Below, in pieces: positions 8,440 to 16,916 of a DNA stretch of 32,000 bases. The translations under genes and the position numbers were made by a program. The stretch is from an uncultured Nitrososphaerota archaeon. Its GTDB lineage: Archaea; Korarchaeota; Korarchaeia; Korarchaeales; Korarchaeaceae. The stretch lies in contig CAYZRF010000011.1 of assembly GCA_964480775.1 (NCBI GenBank), positions 1-32,000 of the forward strand, given 5' to 3'. The stretch's first letter is position 1. Each line of letters starts with the position of its first letter. Under the pieces are notes generated by a model. That model searched no databases. It was given only the letters and a program-made list of their open reading frames with translations, and was not told where the DNA came from.

Positions 8440-8667
8440 CTACTCAAGGTAACCCAGGGCTCTTAGTTTGCGCAATATGCGCTCTTTGTCATTCTTAGTG
8501 AAGTCGAGCTTTGAGTCCTCGTAGGAGGAAATAAGTTCTCTGAGGACATATGTGACGTAGTCGCTGACAGAAGAGAAGCCCGTACCTTCAATCATCTTCT
8601 TGGCCCTTTCGTAGAGAGTGGCTGGGATGGATACCGTAGTATAACGTCCTTTTCTATTGGATCCCAT
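8440..8667 (-). CDS. ribbon-helix-helix (CopG-like) small DNA-binding protein, first gene of the sat operon
   Basis: TTVSIPATLYERAKKMIEGTGFSSVSDYVTYVLRELIS aligns with the ORF at 2841-3050. C-terminal KLRALGYLE. It lies 9 nt upstream of sat. Confidence 0.65.
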   Translation of the reverse strand: MGSNRKGRYTTVSIPATLYERAKKMIEGTGFSSVSDYVTYVLRELISSYEDSKLDFTKNDKERILRKLRALGYLE

Positions 8668-8688
8668 CGCTAGGAATGTGCTTTGTTA

Positions 8689-8708
8689 GGATAATTAAAA
8701 TATATTTC
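8689..8708 (-). promoter_or_regulatory. candidate TATA box/BRE for the RHH-sat-NPP-cysC operon
   Basis: The minus strand reads AATATATTTTAATTAT, centred about 25-35 nt upstream of ATG 8667. This is consistent with a leaderless or short-leader archaeal mRNA. Confidence 0.35.
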
Positions 8709-8874
8709 TTCGTAATTAAGGACTCTAAGCAGGAGAACCAGAAGATTCATTGAATCTTTTTTTTGAGAGCAAATATATCACGGAAGGACGTGGTTACTAA
8801 CAGGACAGCGAATATTGGGCTCATAGAATATGAAAGTCCTACTTATTTTTGCTCGAAAAATACAATGCAAAAAT

Positions 8875-9969
8875 TCAAACAATTTTCCTCATAAAATCGT
8901 CGTGCACGATGATAACACCACCATCTAACTGTCTAACGAGCTTCCAACCCGCAGGAAACAGATCTAGCTTTGGTAAATCTTCAAGTACTTCATCATATCC
9001 CAGCTTGACATAATTGTATGCCAAATTGTATCTAATATCGCTGAAAACAAGACTAAAGGCGTATCCCCATAGTGGCGCCGTAGTGTGCCATTTTGCGTCT
9101 ACTTCTGTTACCTTTGGATTCCCAGAAGAATCCTCCCTTAAGTCCACAGAATAAAAACCGTGAGGATTGTCGTCTAGCGCTTTTACTGCGTTGATACCAA
9201 CTTCATTAACCTTCTTATCATTAACTATCTTTGCTATCGATGGCGTGCCAGTGATTCCGCTAAGAGTTATGTGCTTGAAAGGATACTCGATTCTCTCTCT
9301 TGCATAAGAAGTAATCAGCTTTCCCTGATACCAAAGGGAATCAAAAGCCAAATCTCTACCTGGAAGAAATTCCTGAATGATGAAATGGTTAACATTAGCC
9401 CGGCCTTGCAGGACATTTAGCCTTATCCAAAGCTTAGCCTCCTCTGGAGAATTAACTTTAAGCGAAAGTCTTCCTCCAGCCCCTGTCTTGGCCCTTATCC
9501 ACAAAGGCATACCAAGTTTTGAAAAAGCAGCGTCAACATCCTCTAAAGAACTAATCTCAAAAGTTTCTGGAGCAGGAACGCTTTTGAAGATCAGTTTTTT
9601 GTTAATGGTTGCCTTATCTGGTCCTATTACTTCTGGTCGAGGAAGGTAAAGTCTAATACCCATTGATTCCAACCTATCCTTCTCAAGAGCAATCCTGTGA
9701 GCTTCTACAGTGGGATGCGGGTGCAAGAATTCTATGCTCTGCATCTTGACTATTTTTATGATCCTGTTAATGAATTCTGGATCTGAGTGCTTCGGTGTTT
9801 TGTATCGGACATCTACCTCGGGAAACCTTAGATGATCTTGATTGTAATCTGTTCCGACTAAGAACATCTTCTCCTTGTCTTTCAGTCTTTCCGCCAGCCT
9901 TAGAGCCCTGATAAAGTTTACGCCCCCTATTCCTCCTGCTCCAGTGATTAATATCCTCCTCTCAACCAC
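8875..9969 (-). CDS. ATP-grasp family carboxylate-amine/thiol ligase (uncharacterised specificity)
   Basis: N-terminal Rossmann-like ILITGAGGIGGVNFIRAL, a central ATP-grasp body (PLWIRAKTGAGGR...IIQEFLPGRDLAFDSLW) and a C-terminal EVD-containing Mg-binding region. T-rich tracts follow the stop. Confidence 0.6.
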   Translation of the reverse strand: MVERRILITGAGGIGGVNFIRALRLAERLKDKEKMFLVGTDYNQDHLRFPEVDVRYKTPKHSDPEFINRIIKIVKMQSIEFLHPHPTVEAHRIALEKDRLESMGIRLYLPRPEVIGPDKATINKKLIFKSVPAPETFEISSLEDVDAAFSKLGMPLWIRAKTGAGGRLSLKVNSPEEAKLWIRLNVLQGRANVNHFIIQEFLPGRDLAFDSLWYQGKLITSYARERIEYPFKHITLSGITGTPSIAKIVNDKKVNEVGINAVKALDDNPHGFYSVDLREDSSGNPKVTEVDAKWHTTAPLWGYAFSLVFSDIRYNLAYNYVKLGYDEVLEDLPKLDLFPAGWKLVRQLDGGVIIVHDDFMRKIV

Positions 9970-10778
9970 TACACTTCACCTTTTTCTATGAGCTTTACCA
10001 AATCAGCACCCCTAACCGCGCTTATCCAATCCAAAGATGCGATATATTCAACTACATCTTTGTACTTCCTTCCACCTTTCATCTTTAACGAGGAGTCATG
10101 CCATAATATGGTAATAATGCTTTTGCGGGATTGCAGCGAAATCCTGAGGGCCTTTCTTATGACATCTAAAACGTCTTCTTCGCGGATCCTCATGTAAGTA
10201 AACATATACGCATCCATTAAGGTAATTGGAAACTCAATCAATCCTGAAATTTTTAAGAAGCCCATATTTTCGGAGGTTACTTCCTTTTTTGAGAATGATA
10301 GAGATGAATCATAGGTAAAACCAGCCTCTCTCAACAATGGTAAATCCTCAAATTTCACCCGTAGATAGTGCACTCTGGCACCGATGACCCCTGTGCCAAT
10401 CACTTTCTCTATTTGTTGCTTTTCTTCCTTAATTTCGTTTAAATTGTCGGCTCGATTTAAGTGAACTCCAATTTCCCAGCCTTTTCTCCAAAGTTCCTTC
10501 ATTATCTCAGAGTAGCAATCGATTTCAGTACCATCATCGTAAACTGGCCTAAAAAAGAACGTAGATTTGAGTCCGTAAGAAGTCTCAAGGTCCATAATTT
10601 CGGGAATATTGTAATACGGATTATAGCCCTCCTTTAATACCTTAGCAATTATCTCTTCACTAAACCTTTCTCTCCTAGCAAGTATGTGATCTTTGCCAGG
10701 ACCCTGTAAGGGCCAGTCGACGTCATGCGTTAAGAAAATGAAAATTTGCTGACTCTCACTCGAATCACCGAGCGACAA
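9969..10778 (-). CDS. polysaccharide deacetylase-like (CE4-type) protein
   Basis: FLTHDVDWP metal motif, GWEIGVHL and ARVHYLR histidine motifs. The only possible start is TTG 10778, 6 nt after GGGTGAT. It has a 1-nt overlap with the downstream ATP-grasp gene. Confidence 0.6.
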   Translation of the reverse strand: MSLGDSSESQQIFIFLTHDVDWPLQGPGKDHILARRERFSEEIIAKVLKEGYNPYYNIPEIMDLETSYGLKSTFFFRPVYDDGTEIDCYSEIMKELWRKGWEIGVHLNRADNLNEIKEEKQQIEKVIGTGVIGARVHYLRVKFEDLPLLREAGFTYDSSLSFSKKEVTSENMGFLKISGLIEFPITLMDAYMFTYMRIREEDVLDVIRKALRISLQSRKSIITILWHDSSLKMKGGRKYKDVVEYIASLDWISAVRGADLVKLIEKGEV

Positions 10779-10992
10779 GATTATATCACCCTTCTAGATG
10801 CTCTCTCCCCGAAATTCCTTGTTTCTATTGTTTGTTCTGATCAATCTTTCACTCATATCCCTTAAACTTGAGTTATTCTATTAAATTCCCAATAGATTTG
10901 TGGTTGTTGAATGCGTCAATGAGAGGTCTTTATACGTACAATCTTGCTCCCTACTCATTCCGTTAAGACGATGGGATCAAACAGAACTTCCC

Positions 10993-11778
10993 TTAAATCC
11001 TCCCAAGGCTCTTGTATACCTCGCTCTCTAGTTCATCTAAGATCATTTCTCTTATTTTCAGGAATTTTTCGCCTGTATAGCTTCTAGGTCTTGGTATTTC
11101 GATTGAAAACTCTTTTTTGACCCTTCCTGGTCGAGCTGTCATCACGCAGACTCTGTCTGCAAGATAGGTCGCCTCAATTACTGAGTGAGTCACGAACACG
11201 ACGGTTTTCTTCTCCCTTTCCCATATCTTCAATAATTCTCCCTGCATGACCTTCCTTGTCTGTGCGTCTAAGGCTCCAAATGGCTCGTCCATCAGTAGGA
11301 TCTCCGGATTATTCACAAGAGCTCTGGCCAGAGCTACCCTTTGCTTCATTCCACCCGAAAGTTCATGGGGATATCTGTCTTCAAAACCTGCCAAGCCAAC
11401 TAGTTCAATGTACCTCATCGCTTTGTCGATCCTCTCCTCTTTTGGTGTCCCCTTGAGTTCCAACCCAAAAGTTACGTTCTGAAGCACGGTTCTCCAAGGA
11501 AACAGGGCGTACTCTTGAAAGATCATGCATCTTTCTGGGCCGGGACCCCGTATCGCCTCTCCATCAAGATAGACAACACCCTTTGTTGGCTTTTCCAGCC
11601 CAGCGACTATCCTAAGGAAAGTCGATTTTCCACACCCACTCGGACCAACAAGACATAAAAACTCATTTGGATATACCTTAAGGCTCATATCTTTCAAGGC
11701 AATTATTTTTGCTGATTCGCTTCCATAGATCTTAGTTACAGAATCAGCAACAAGTTTCGGTTTTACCATTGACCACAC
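10993..11778 (-). CDS. ABC transporter ATP-binding protein, NitT/TauT (SsuB/TauB/ThiZ-like) family
   Basis: Walker [28 protein letters not shown], signature [15 protein letters not shown], Walker [12 protein letters not shown]. The start is GTG 11778 or ATG 11769. Confidence 0.85.
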   Translation of the reverse strand: MWSMVKPKLVADSVTKIYGSESAKIIALKDMSLKVYPNEFLCLVGPSGCGKSTFLRIVAGLEKPTKGVVYLDGEAIRGPGPERCMIFQEYALFPWRTVLQNVTFGLELKGTPKEERIDKAMRYIELVGLAGFEDRYPHELSGGMKQRVALARALVNNPEILLMDEPFGALDAQTRKVMQGELLKIWEREKKTVVFVTHSVIEATYLADRVCVMTARPGRVKKEFSIEIPRPRSYTGEKFLKIREMILDELESEVYKSLGRI

Positions 11779-11779
11779 C

Positions 11780-12595
11780 TTACACCGTAGAGACTTTTAG
11801 CCCCTTTCTCCACTTCAAGAGCCTTTCTTCGATCTTACCAAAGACGAACTTCTCTATGAAAAGCATAGTTGCCGAGAGCGTCACAATTGTGGCGAAAACG
11901 ATATCAGTTCTTGCAATCCCTCTGGCCATGATTAGTTGATATCCCAAACCACCCCTTACTCCAACCATCTCGGCTGCGAGGTCCACTCTCCAAGAAAATC
12001 CCACAGCTAGCCTGAATCCAGTTAGAATGCTGGGAAAAGCCCCAGGAAGTATTACTTTCAAGAAGACATCCTTTTTTCTTGCACCTAAAGTCTGAGCTGC
12101 TTGGATTAAAGTTAGATCAACACTTCTTACTCCTTCCATCGTATTTAGGAGTATGGGAACAACGGCGGAGACTGTTATTATGAATATCGACGATCTATTA
12201 CCGGAACCAAACCATATCAGAGCTAATGGTATCCAAGCCACTCCGGGAATTGGCTGTATGATCCTTATCCAAGGACTTATAACCCGATTCAGACCAGACG
12301 ACAGTTCGGCTAATATTCCTAAAGGAACTCCAATTATGGCTGCAATGCAAAAACCAACGATGATCCTGTAAAAACTCAATGAAAGCGTGTAGAAGAGGTT
12401 GTGGAATATCGAAACTTCCTTCATCGTGGTTAGGTAATACAAAGTCTTTAGAACATCAATGGGGGAAGGTAAAATGAGTTTGGCTGTTTTTGGAGGTAAT
12501 TGATAGAATAGGTTGGTCATAGAAGCTAGTTGCCATATTCCAAGGCCAGCCAGCACAGAAATCATGCCTAACGTTCGATCTCTCCACTTTTTCAT
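11780..12595 (-). CDS. ABC transporter permease, NitT/TauT (SsuC/TauC-like) family
   Basis: Six predicted hydrophobic spans. EAA-loop [28 protein letters not shown]. Confidence 0.8.
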   Translation of the reverse strand: MKKWRDRTLGMISVLAGLGIWQLASMTNLFYQLPPKTAKLILPSPIDVLKTLYYLTTMKEVSIFHNLFYTLSLSFYRIIVGFCIAAIIGVPLGILAELSSGLNRVISPWIRIIQPIPGVAWIPLALIWFGSGNRSSIFIITVSAVVPILLNTMEGVRSVDLTLIQAAQTLGARKKDVFLKVILPGAFPSILTGFRLAVGFSWRVDLAAEMVGVRGGLGYQLIMARGIARTDIVFATIVTLSATMLFIEKFVFGKIEERLLKWRKGLKVSTV

Positions 12596-12641
12596 GAGCT
12601 ACACCCACATAATATTAGAAACGGAAAGCGATGCTTTATCA

Positions 12642-13634
12642 TCACCCTTTGATAAACGATAAATCGAATAACTCATCTTCCTCTGGGAGCTCTTCTATTA
12701 TTCCGAGCTGCTTTGCGAACTGAAGGATTTCATAGCAATCCTGAACGTTCACATTATAGTTGAATTCAATCCTTCTACGGGCACTTTCTACTATGGATAC
12801 GTCTAGATTCATTATCTGAGCTATGAGCTCATTTGCCTCTTTTGGGTTCTCATTTATCCAGTCTACTGTATCAATGTAGACCTCAAGGAATTTTCTAAGG
12901 AGATCTGGGTGGTTTTCTATGAAAGAGGTTCTGGCCACCACAACATTCACAGGATATATTCTTCCTTCATGATTTTCTCTCCACCATTGTGCTACATCGA
13001 AAACTATCACGTATTTACCTGGGTAGTTTATTTCTGCTTGAGACGCAAAGGGTTCCCAAGTCATCATTGCATCGAATTCCTTAGACACGAACACGAGTTG
13101 AGGCATATCAGCTGGCGCTATCCCAACCCTTGTGTCGATATCTTTTTGCCAGTCTAGCGGAGGATTCGCCACAACTTTCGTTAACAGTGTCGAGTAAAGC
13201 GTGTGGGTGACTGATCCAATTCGAGGAGTACAAACCGACTTCCCCTTTAGGTCATTAACTGTCTCTATACCCGAATCAGCTCTCGCAATAAGCACGTGTC
13301 CGCCTCCGTTAGCCCCTGCAACGACCTTGAGATCTATTCCTGAAGCAAACCACTTTGTCGAAGGTACTATCCCTAAAAGAGCAATTTGGATCTCTTCTCC
13401 TGAAAAGGCTTCCATTAGCGTTGGACCATCTGGATAAACAATTATCTCCACATTTAGCCCCGCTTGTTCGAAGGATCCTTTGAATTCAGCAATTTTTGGC
13501 GTTATAGTTCCTAAGGCAAGTATCATCCCCACTTTTATAGGCTTTTCCTCCTTAGTGCGCCTTTGAGTTGCTATGAATGCTCCGAGTAAGAGCAAAAGGA
13601 TAATAATTGCCGAAAATACTGCTTTTTTCTCCAT
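12642..13634 (-). CDS. ABC transporter substrate-binding protein, NMT1/THI5-like (SsuA/TauA/ThiY-type)
   Basis: N-terminal membrane anchor/signal (AVFSAIIILLLLLGAFIA), a type-II periplasmic-binding-protein-like body, and the first position in the ABC operon. Confidence 0.65.
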   Translation of the reverse strand: MEKKAVFSAIIILLLLLGAFIATQRRTKEEKPIKVGMILALGTITPKIAEFKGSFEQAGLNVEIIVYPDGPTLMEAFSGEEIQIALLGIVPSTKWFASGIDLKVVAGANGGGHVLIARADSGIETVNDLKGKSVCTPRIGSVTHTLYSTLLTKVVANPPLDWQKDIDTRVGIAPADMPQLVFVSKEFDAMMTWEPFASQAEINYPGKYVIVFDVAQWWRENHEGRIYPVNVVVARTSFIENHPDLLRKFLEVYIDTVDWINENPKEANELIAQIMNLDVSIVESARRRIEFNYNVNVQDCYEILQFAKQLGIIEELPEEDELFDLSFIKG

Positions 13635-13800
13635 CTTTAGATCAAACCTTTTTTCATCAATTACTTAATAATCCTTTCCGTCAAAGAACTTTTTCGTAAC
13701 CATATATGGAAATATAGGGAAGCAATTATTCCATGAAAGGTTATTAATTTTCAAAATAGTATAATTTTATATTGAGATTTGCCTTATTTGGTGATGGAAT

Positions 13801-14328
13801 ATGATGAGCGAAGGAGAGTCGATATTACGTAAGATTGTAGAATCGGATAGGGCGTTTTGTCAAGCATTTTTGGAGTATTTGAAGAAAAATGGAATAAGTA
13901 TAAAGGACTTCAGCAGAATGGCCAATCTACCAACTAGCACGCTGTATAAAATCACCTCTGGGAGGGTTAAGACGATAAGATCAAACACTCTTAGAAAGAT
14001 CATCAAAACGATAAGAGAATTAGAGGAAAAGGAAATAAGAAAGGATGCTATTGCCATAATAACTACCAGAACCGCAATCGAGCTAACGGAAAAAGAGATA
14101 AGCATTGATGGCAAGAAGTACGTGATCCTCGAATATCCAGCAGATTCAATAGAAGAAGAAATAATTCAAGGAATAAGGGCAGAAAAAGCCGGAGCTAAGG
14201 GCATAATTTGCGGTCCAATTGCGGCTACAACGCTGGAAAAGGTTGTTTCCATTCCTATCGCAACGATAAGGTTTGAAGAAGGACCTCTAAGGAACGCCAT
14301 CGATAGGCTCCTAAAAAGGATCACGTAG
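13801..14328 (+). CDS. HTH (XRE-like) transcriptional regulator with uncharacterised C-terminal alpha/beta domain
   Basis: HTH segment ISIKDFSRMANLPTSTLYKITSG. GGTGAT SD at 13790-13795. It is the only plus-strand gene between 5347 and 23868, it is divergent from the ABC operon, and its 3' end overlaps the convergent decarboxylase gene by 8 nt. Confidence 0.55.
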   Translation: MMSEGESILRKIVESDRAFCQAFLEYLKKNGISIKDFSRMANLPTSTLYKITSGRVKTIRSNTLRKIIKTIRELEEKEIRKDAIAIITTRTAIELTEKEISIDGKKYVILEYPADSIEEEIIQGIRAEKAGAKGIICGPIAATTLEKVVSIPIATIRFEEGPLRNAIDRLLKRIT

Positions 14329-15520
14329 TGACGAGCTGTCCTCTTGCTTTTTTGATTGCTTTCATAAATCTTTCCTTAATTTCCGTATTTTCCATAGGAA
14401 TCGTTGGAACCTTTTCGTTTCCAGGTTTTAGTATGGTATGAATGAAGAATGGCCCGTCGTTGTTCAAGCTATGATCCAACGCTTCAATTAGCTTGTCCTG
14501 GTTCTCAGCAATGAGAATGTTTGATCTTGGAATGCCATATGAAACGGCAAGGGCGCTTAAGTTTAGTCCTTCAAATGTATAGATGGGATAGTTTCGTGTC
14601 GATCCATAGACACCATTATCGAGCACTATCAAAATTAAGTTCTTCGGCCTTTGGTCTGCAACAATGGTCAGAGAACCTGGATTCATAAGCAGCCCTCCAT
14701 CTCCCTCAAAACATACAATTTTTTCGCCTATGTCCTCGGTAGTTAGGGCCAAACCAAGTGCTAACATATATGTTTGACCGAGAGACGAAGTCAGGTAGAA
14801 GTTTCGCTCCCTATCCCTTATCTGATAAAGTTCTCTGCTTGGAAGACCTATGTTCGAAACGACGAACTCATCCTTTATCCTCTTCATTACAGTTGATATG
14901 GCCTCATATCTTCTCATTTCTGCTTTAACTTTAATTTCAGGGAAAAAAGTGCCGTTTAATTGTCTAATAATGCTTTTCCACTTTTTCTCCTCAGTCATCA
15001 TCCTTCCAAATTCTGGTCTTATCGTTAATGCAACAGTGTAGCCTTTTTCATATTCTTTCAATAAGTCATCTGCCCTCTCAAGATCAGATCTTTTTTCTAT
15101 GGAACACTGCTTAATTCCAGGCATATCTAAGATTTTTTTCGTTTGTCTTCCCATCGGCTTCTGTGCTCTTATCTTCTCGCCCTCTATCCCTCTGTGGGTA
15201 ATGATGTATAGATTTGGAAACCTGTATGAACCCTCTAGGTGACTGTTTAACACAAGTAGTTGTCCTACCATATTGCCTAGGCCTTGATTCTGAATTATCA
15301 TTGCCGTTTTTCTTCCACCCAAGTAAGCCCCAGCACTTAGTGCTACTCCACTTTCTTCTCTTACAAGAGGTACATGGGTTAGTTCGCCAAAACTTCTAAT
15401 TCTTCTAATCAAATCAACGTTATACGAGCCTGGAAGAGTGGAAAAGAAGCTAAAACCATGTTTTATACACAGTTCAAAGATCTCTTCGTAGATTTCGTGC
15501 AATTTATTCACCTTAAACAA
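14321..15520 (-). CDS. fused ThDP-dependent decarboxylase, sulfopyruvate (ComDE)/phosphonopyruvate decarboxylase family
   Basis: The N-half is ComD-like: REESGVALSAGAYLGGRKTAMIIQNQGLGN and THRGIEGEKIRAQKPMG. The C-half is ComE-like, with the ThDP motif GDGGLLMNPGSL...LDNGVYGSTRN. The start is TTG 15520 or GTG 15511. Confidence 0.7.
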   Translation of the reverse strand: MFKVNKLHEIYEEIFELCIKHGFSFFSTLPGSYNVDLIRRIRSFGELTHVPLVREESGVALSAGAYLGGRKTAMIIQNQGLGNMVGQLLVLNSHLEGSYRFPNLYIITHRGIEGEKIRAQKPMGRQTKKILDMPGIKQCSIEKRSDLERADDLLKEYEKGYTVALTIRPEFGRMMTEEKKWKSIIRQLNGTFFPEIKVKAEMRRYEAISTVMKRIKDEFVVSNIGLPSRELYQIRDRERNFYLTSSLGQTYMLALGLALTTEDIGEKIVCFEGDGGLLMNPGSLTIVADQRPKNLILIVLDNGVYGSTRNYPIYTFEGLNLSALAVSYGIPRSNILIAENQDKLIEALDHSLNNDGPFFIHTILKPGNEKVPTIPMENTEIKERFMKAIKKARGQLVTT

Positions 15521-15558
15521 TAAGTCGCCATTTATCCGACGAACTACTCAGCTTGGGC

Positions 15559-16710
15559 CTATAGGAACAAGTCCATTATAAAAGCACTTATTTTCACCAT
15601 CTCAGGTCCAGGATCTATTAATGAAATGTCAGTTACTGTCTTTTTACTAAAGAATAGCTTGATGAAGCGTTTGAAATTGTCAAGTTTTCCTGGAGCTTCT
15701 AAAATATAATTCATATCATATGGAAAGACCCAAAGGAAGGTTAGGTTCTTTTCATAGTCAAAAACTGGGTCGACATCTCCTTCTAGCGCCATCTTGTATA
15801 ATAGGTAAGGAAAATCTATCCCTGCCTTTATTGAAAGCTCTAAAGTTCCCCAGAATTTTGGATTAATTTCCATTAACCTAGGCTTACCTTCGGCATCCAA
15901 TTTGAACTCTACTTGGGCTAAACCATGCCAATTCAGTTTCTTCATAAGTTTTATAGCCATCTCCCTTAGCTTCTCATCACTTATAGTTTCATTAACGATA
16001 CCGACTCCTCCTCTCGGAGGCCATGTCCAAACTCTTCTTTGAACAAGCGCCGCTCTAGGTTCTCCCTGATTAAAAAGAACGCAAACATCTCTAATTTCTC
16101 CAGGTATGTATTCTTGTATCATAGGAAGCTTTTGTTCTTCAATGAGCGAGTCGCAAGGTAGACTTTCTATCTCCTTGTATTTTTCCAAGAGTTCAGTCTT
16201 TGATCTAACAAGTCTGACCCCCTTATCAACCCCTGAACCTTTCCTTCTCTTTATTATAACGGGATAACTCACTTTCTCGGAGATTTCGAGGACATCCTCT
16301 TTAGACTTTGGAAAATAAGTTTTTGGAACTGGAACACCAACTTCTTCCGCTATTCTCAGTGCTTGTGATTTATCATGTGCCTTTACCAAGGTGTCATAAT
16401 CAGCTACTGGAACGTTTGTGAAGTTCAAGAGTTTATCTTTGTAATAGGAGACTGGCACAGTAGTATCAACGCCCACGGGAAATAACAAGTCGATTTTTTC
16501 CTCTTTGATTATTTTCAGCAGACTATTGACAAATTTAATTGCGTTTTTTTTGGGAGGATAGTATATCCTTCGACTCCTGCAATATCTTGAATAAAACGAT
16601 AGAGCAACCTTTTTGTGCGAAGCCGTCGTGATTTTGATACCCCTTTTCCCTAAGGACCGGACAGCTGCTAGAGTGTTCTTGTAACTAGCATTTGTGATCA
16701 GTACGCTCAT
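15559..16710 (-). CDS. ATP-grasp family ligase (uncharacterised specificity)
   Basis: Pre-ATP-grasp N-domain, then YPVIIKRRKGSGVDKGVRLV, MIQEYIPGEIRDVCVL and AQVEFKLDAEGKPRLMEINPKFWG (Mg/ATP-binding E-x-N). It lies 38 nt upstream of the decarboxylase. Confidence 0.65.
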   Translation of the reverse strand: MSVLITNASYKNTLAAVRSLGKRGIKITTASHKKVALSFYSRYCRSRRIYYPPKKNAIKFVNSLLKIIKEEKIDLLFPVGVDTTVPVSYYKDKLLNFTNVPVADYDTLVKAHDKSQALRIAEEVGVPVPKTYFPKSKEDVLEISEKVSYPVIIKRRKGSGVDKGVRLVRSKTELLEKYKEIESLPCDSLIEEQKLPMIQEYIPGEIRDVCVLFNQGEPRAALVQRRVWTWPPRGGVGIVNETISDEKLREMAIKLMKKLNWHGLAQVEFKLDAEGKPRLMEINPKFWGTLELSIKAGIDFPYLLYKMALEGDVDPVFDYEKNLTFLWVFPYDMNYILEAPGKLDNFKRFIKLFFSKKTVTDISLIDPGPEMVKISAFIMDLFL

Positions 16711-16916
16711 ACAAAGCCTATTCGAGACATTGTTAAAATAAATTTTCTCATATTTTATCGAGTTTTTAAGAACTAAAGGCGCGTTAAGAAGCTCGTTCCC
16801 TTATTGAATTGTAAATTTAAAGACAAACCCTTTATTTATGGAACCCATAAAATAGCGACCAATCAATAAATGAAGCTGGTGGTTTTCCCCTTTTGCTGAG
16901 AAAAAACATGAATCCT

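Noticed and set aside
13700-13709. Perfect palindrome CCATATATGG in the regulator/ABC divergent spacer as a confident operator
   Set aside because: A 10-bp AT-rich palindrome in an AT-rich promoter region can arise by chance and may simply be a TATA element. It is mentioned only as context, not annotated as a feature.
14321-15520. Calling the ThDP enzyme a definite coenzyme M biosynthesis ComDE or a definite phosphonopyruvate decarboxylase
   Set aside because: Motifs lean towards ComE, but the two activities cannot be separated by eye. The partner genes (comA/B/C, cysteate synthase, PEP mutase) are absent from the window, so I kept the call at family level.
16711-16916. Long spacers (also 10779-10992, 17898-18103, 18929-19141 and 25046-25238) scanned for tRNA, C/D-box sRNA or CRISPR repeats
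   Set aside because: There are no GC-rich cloverleaf-like segments and no canonical RUGAUGA...CUGA pairing at sRNA spacing (only partial hits such as AATGAAGC...CTGA near 16880-16910). There are no repeated units. I could not run a covariance-model scan.
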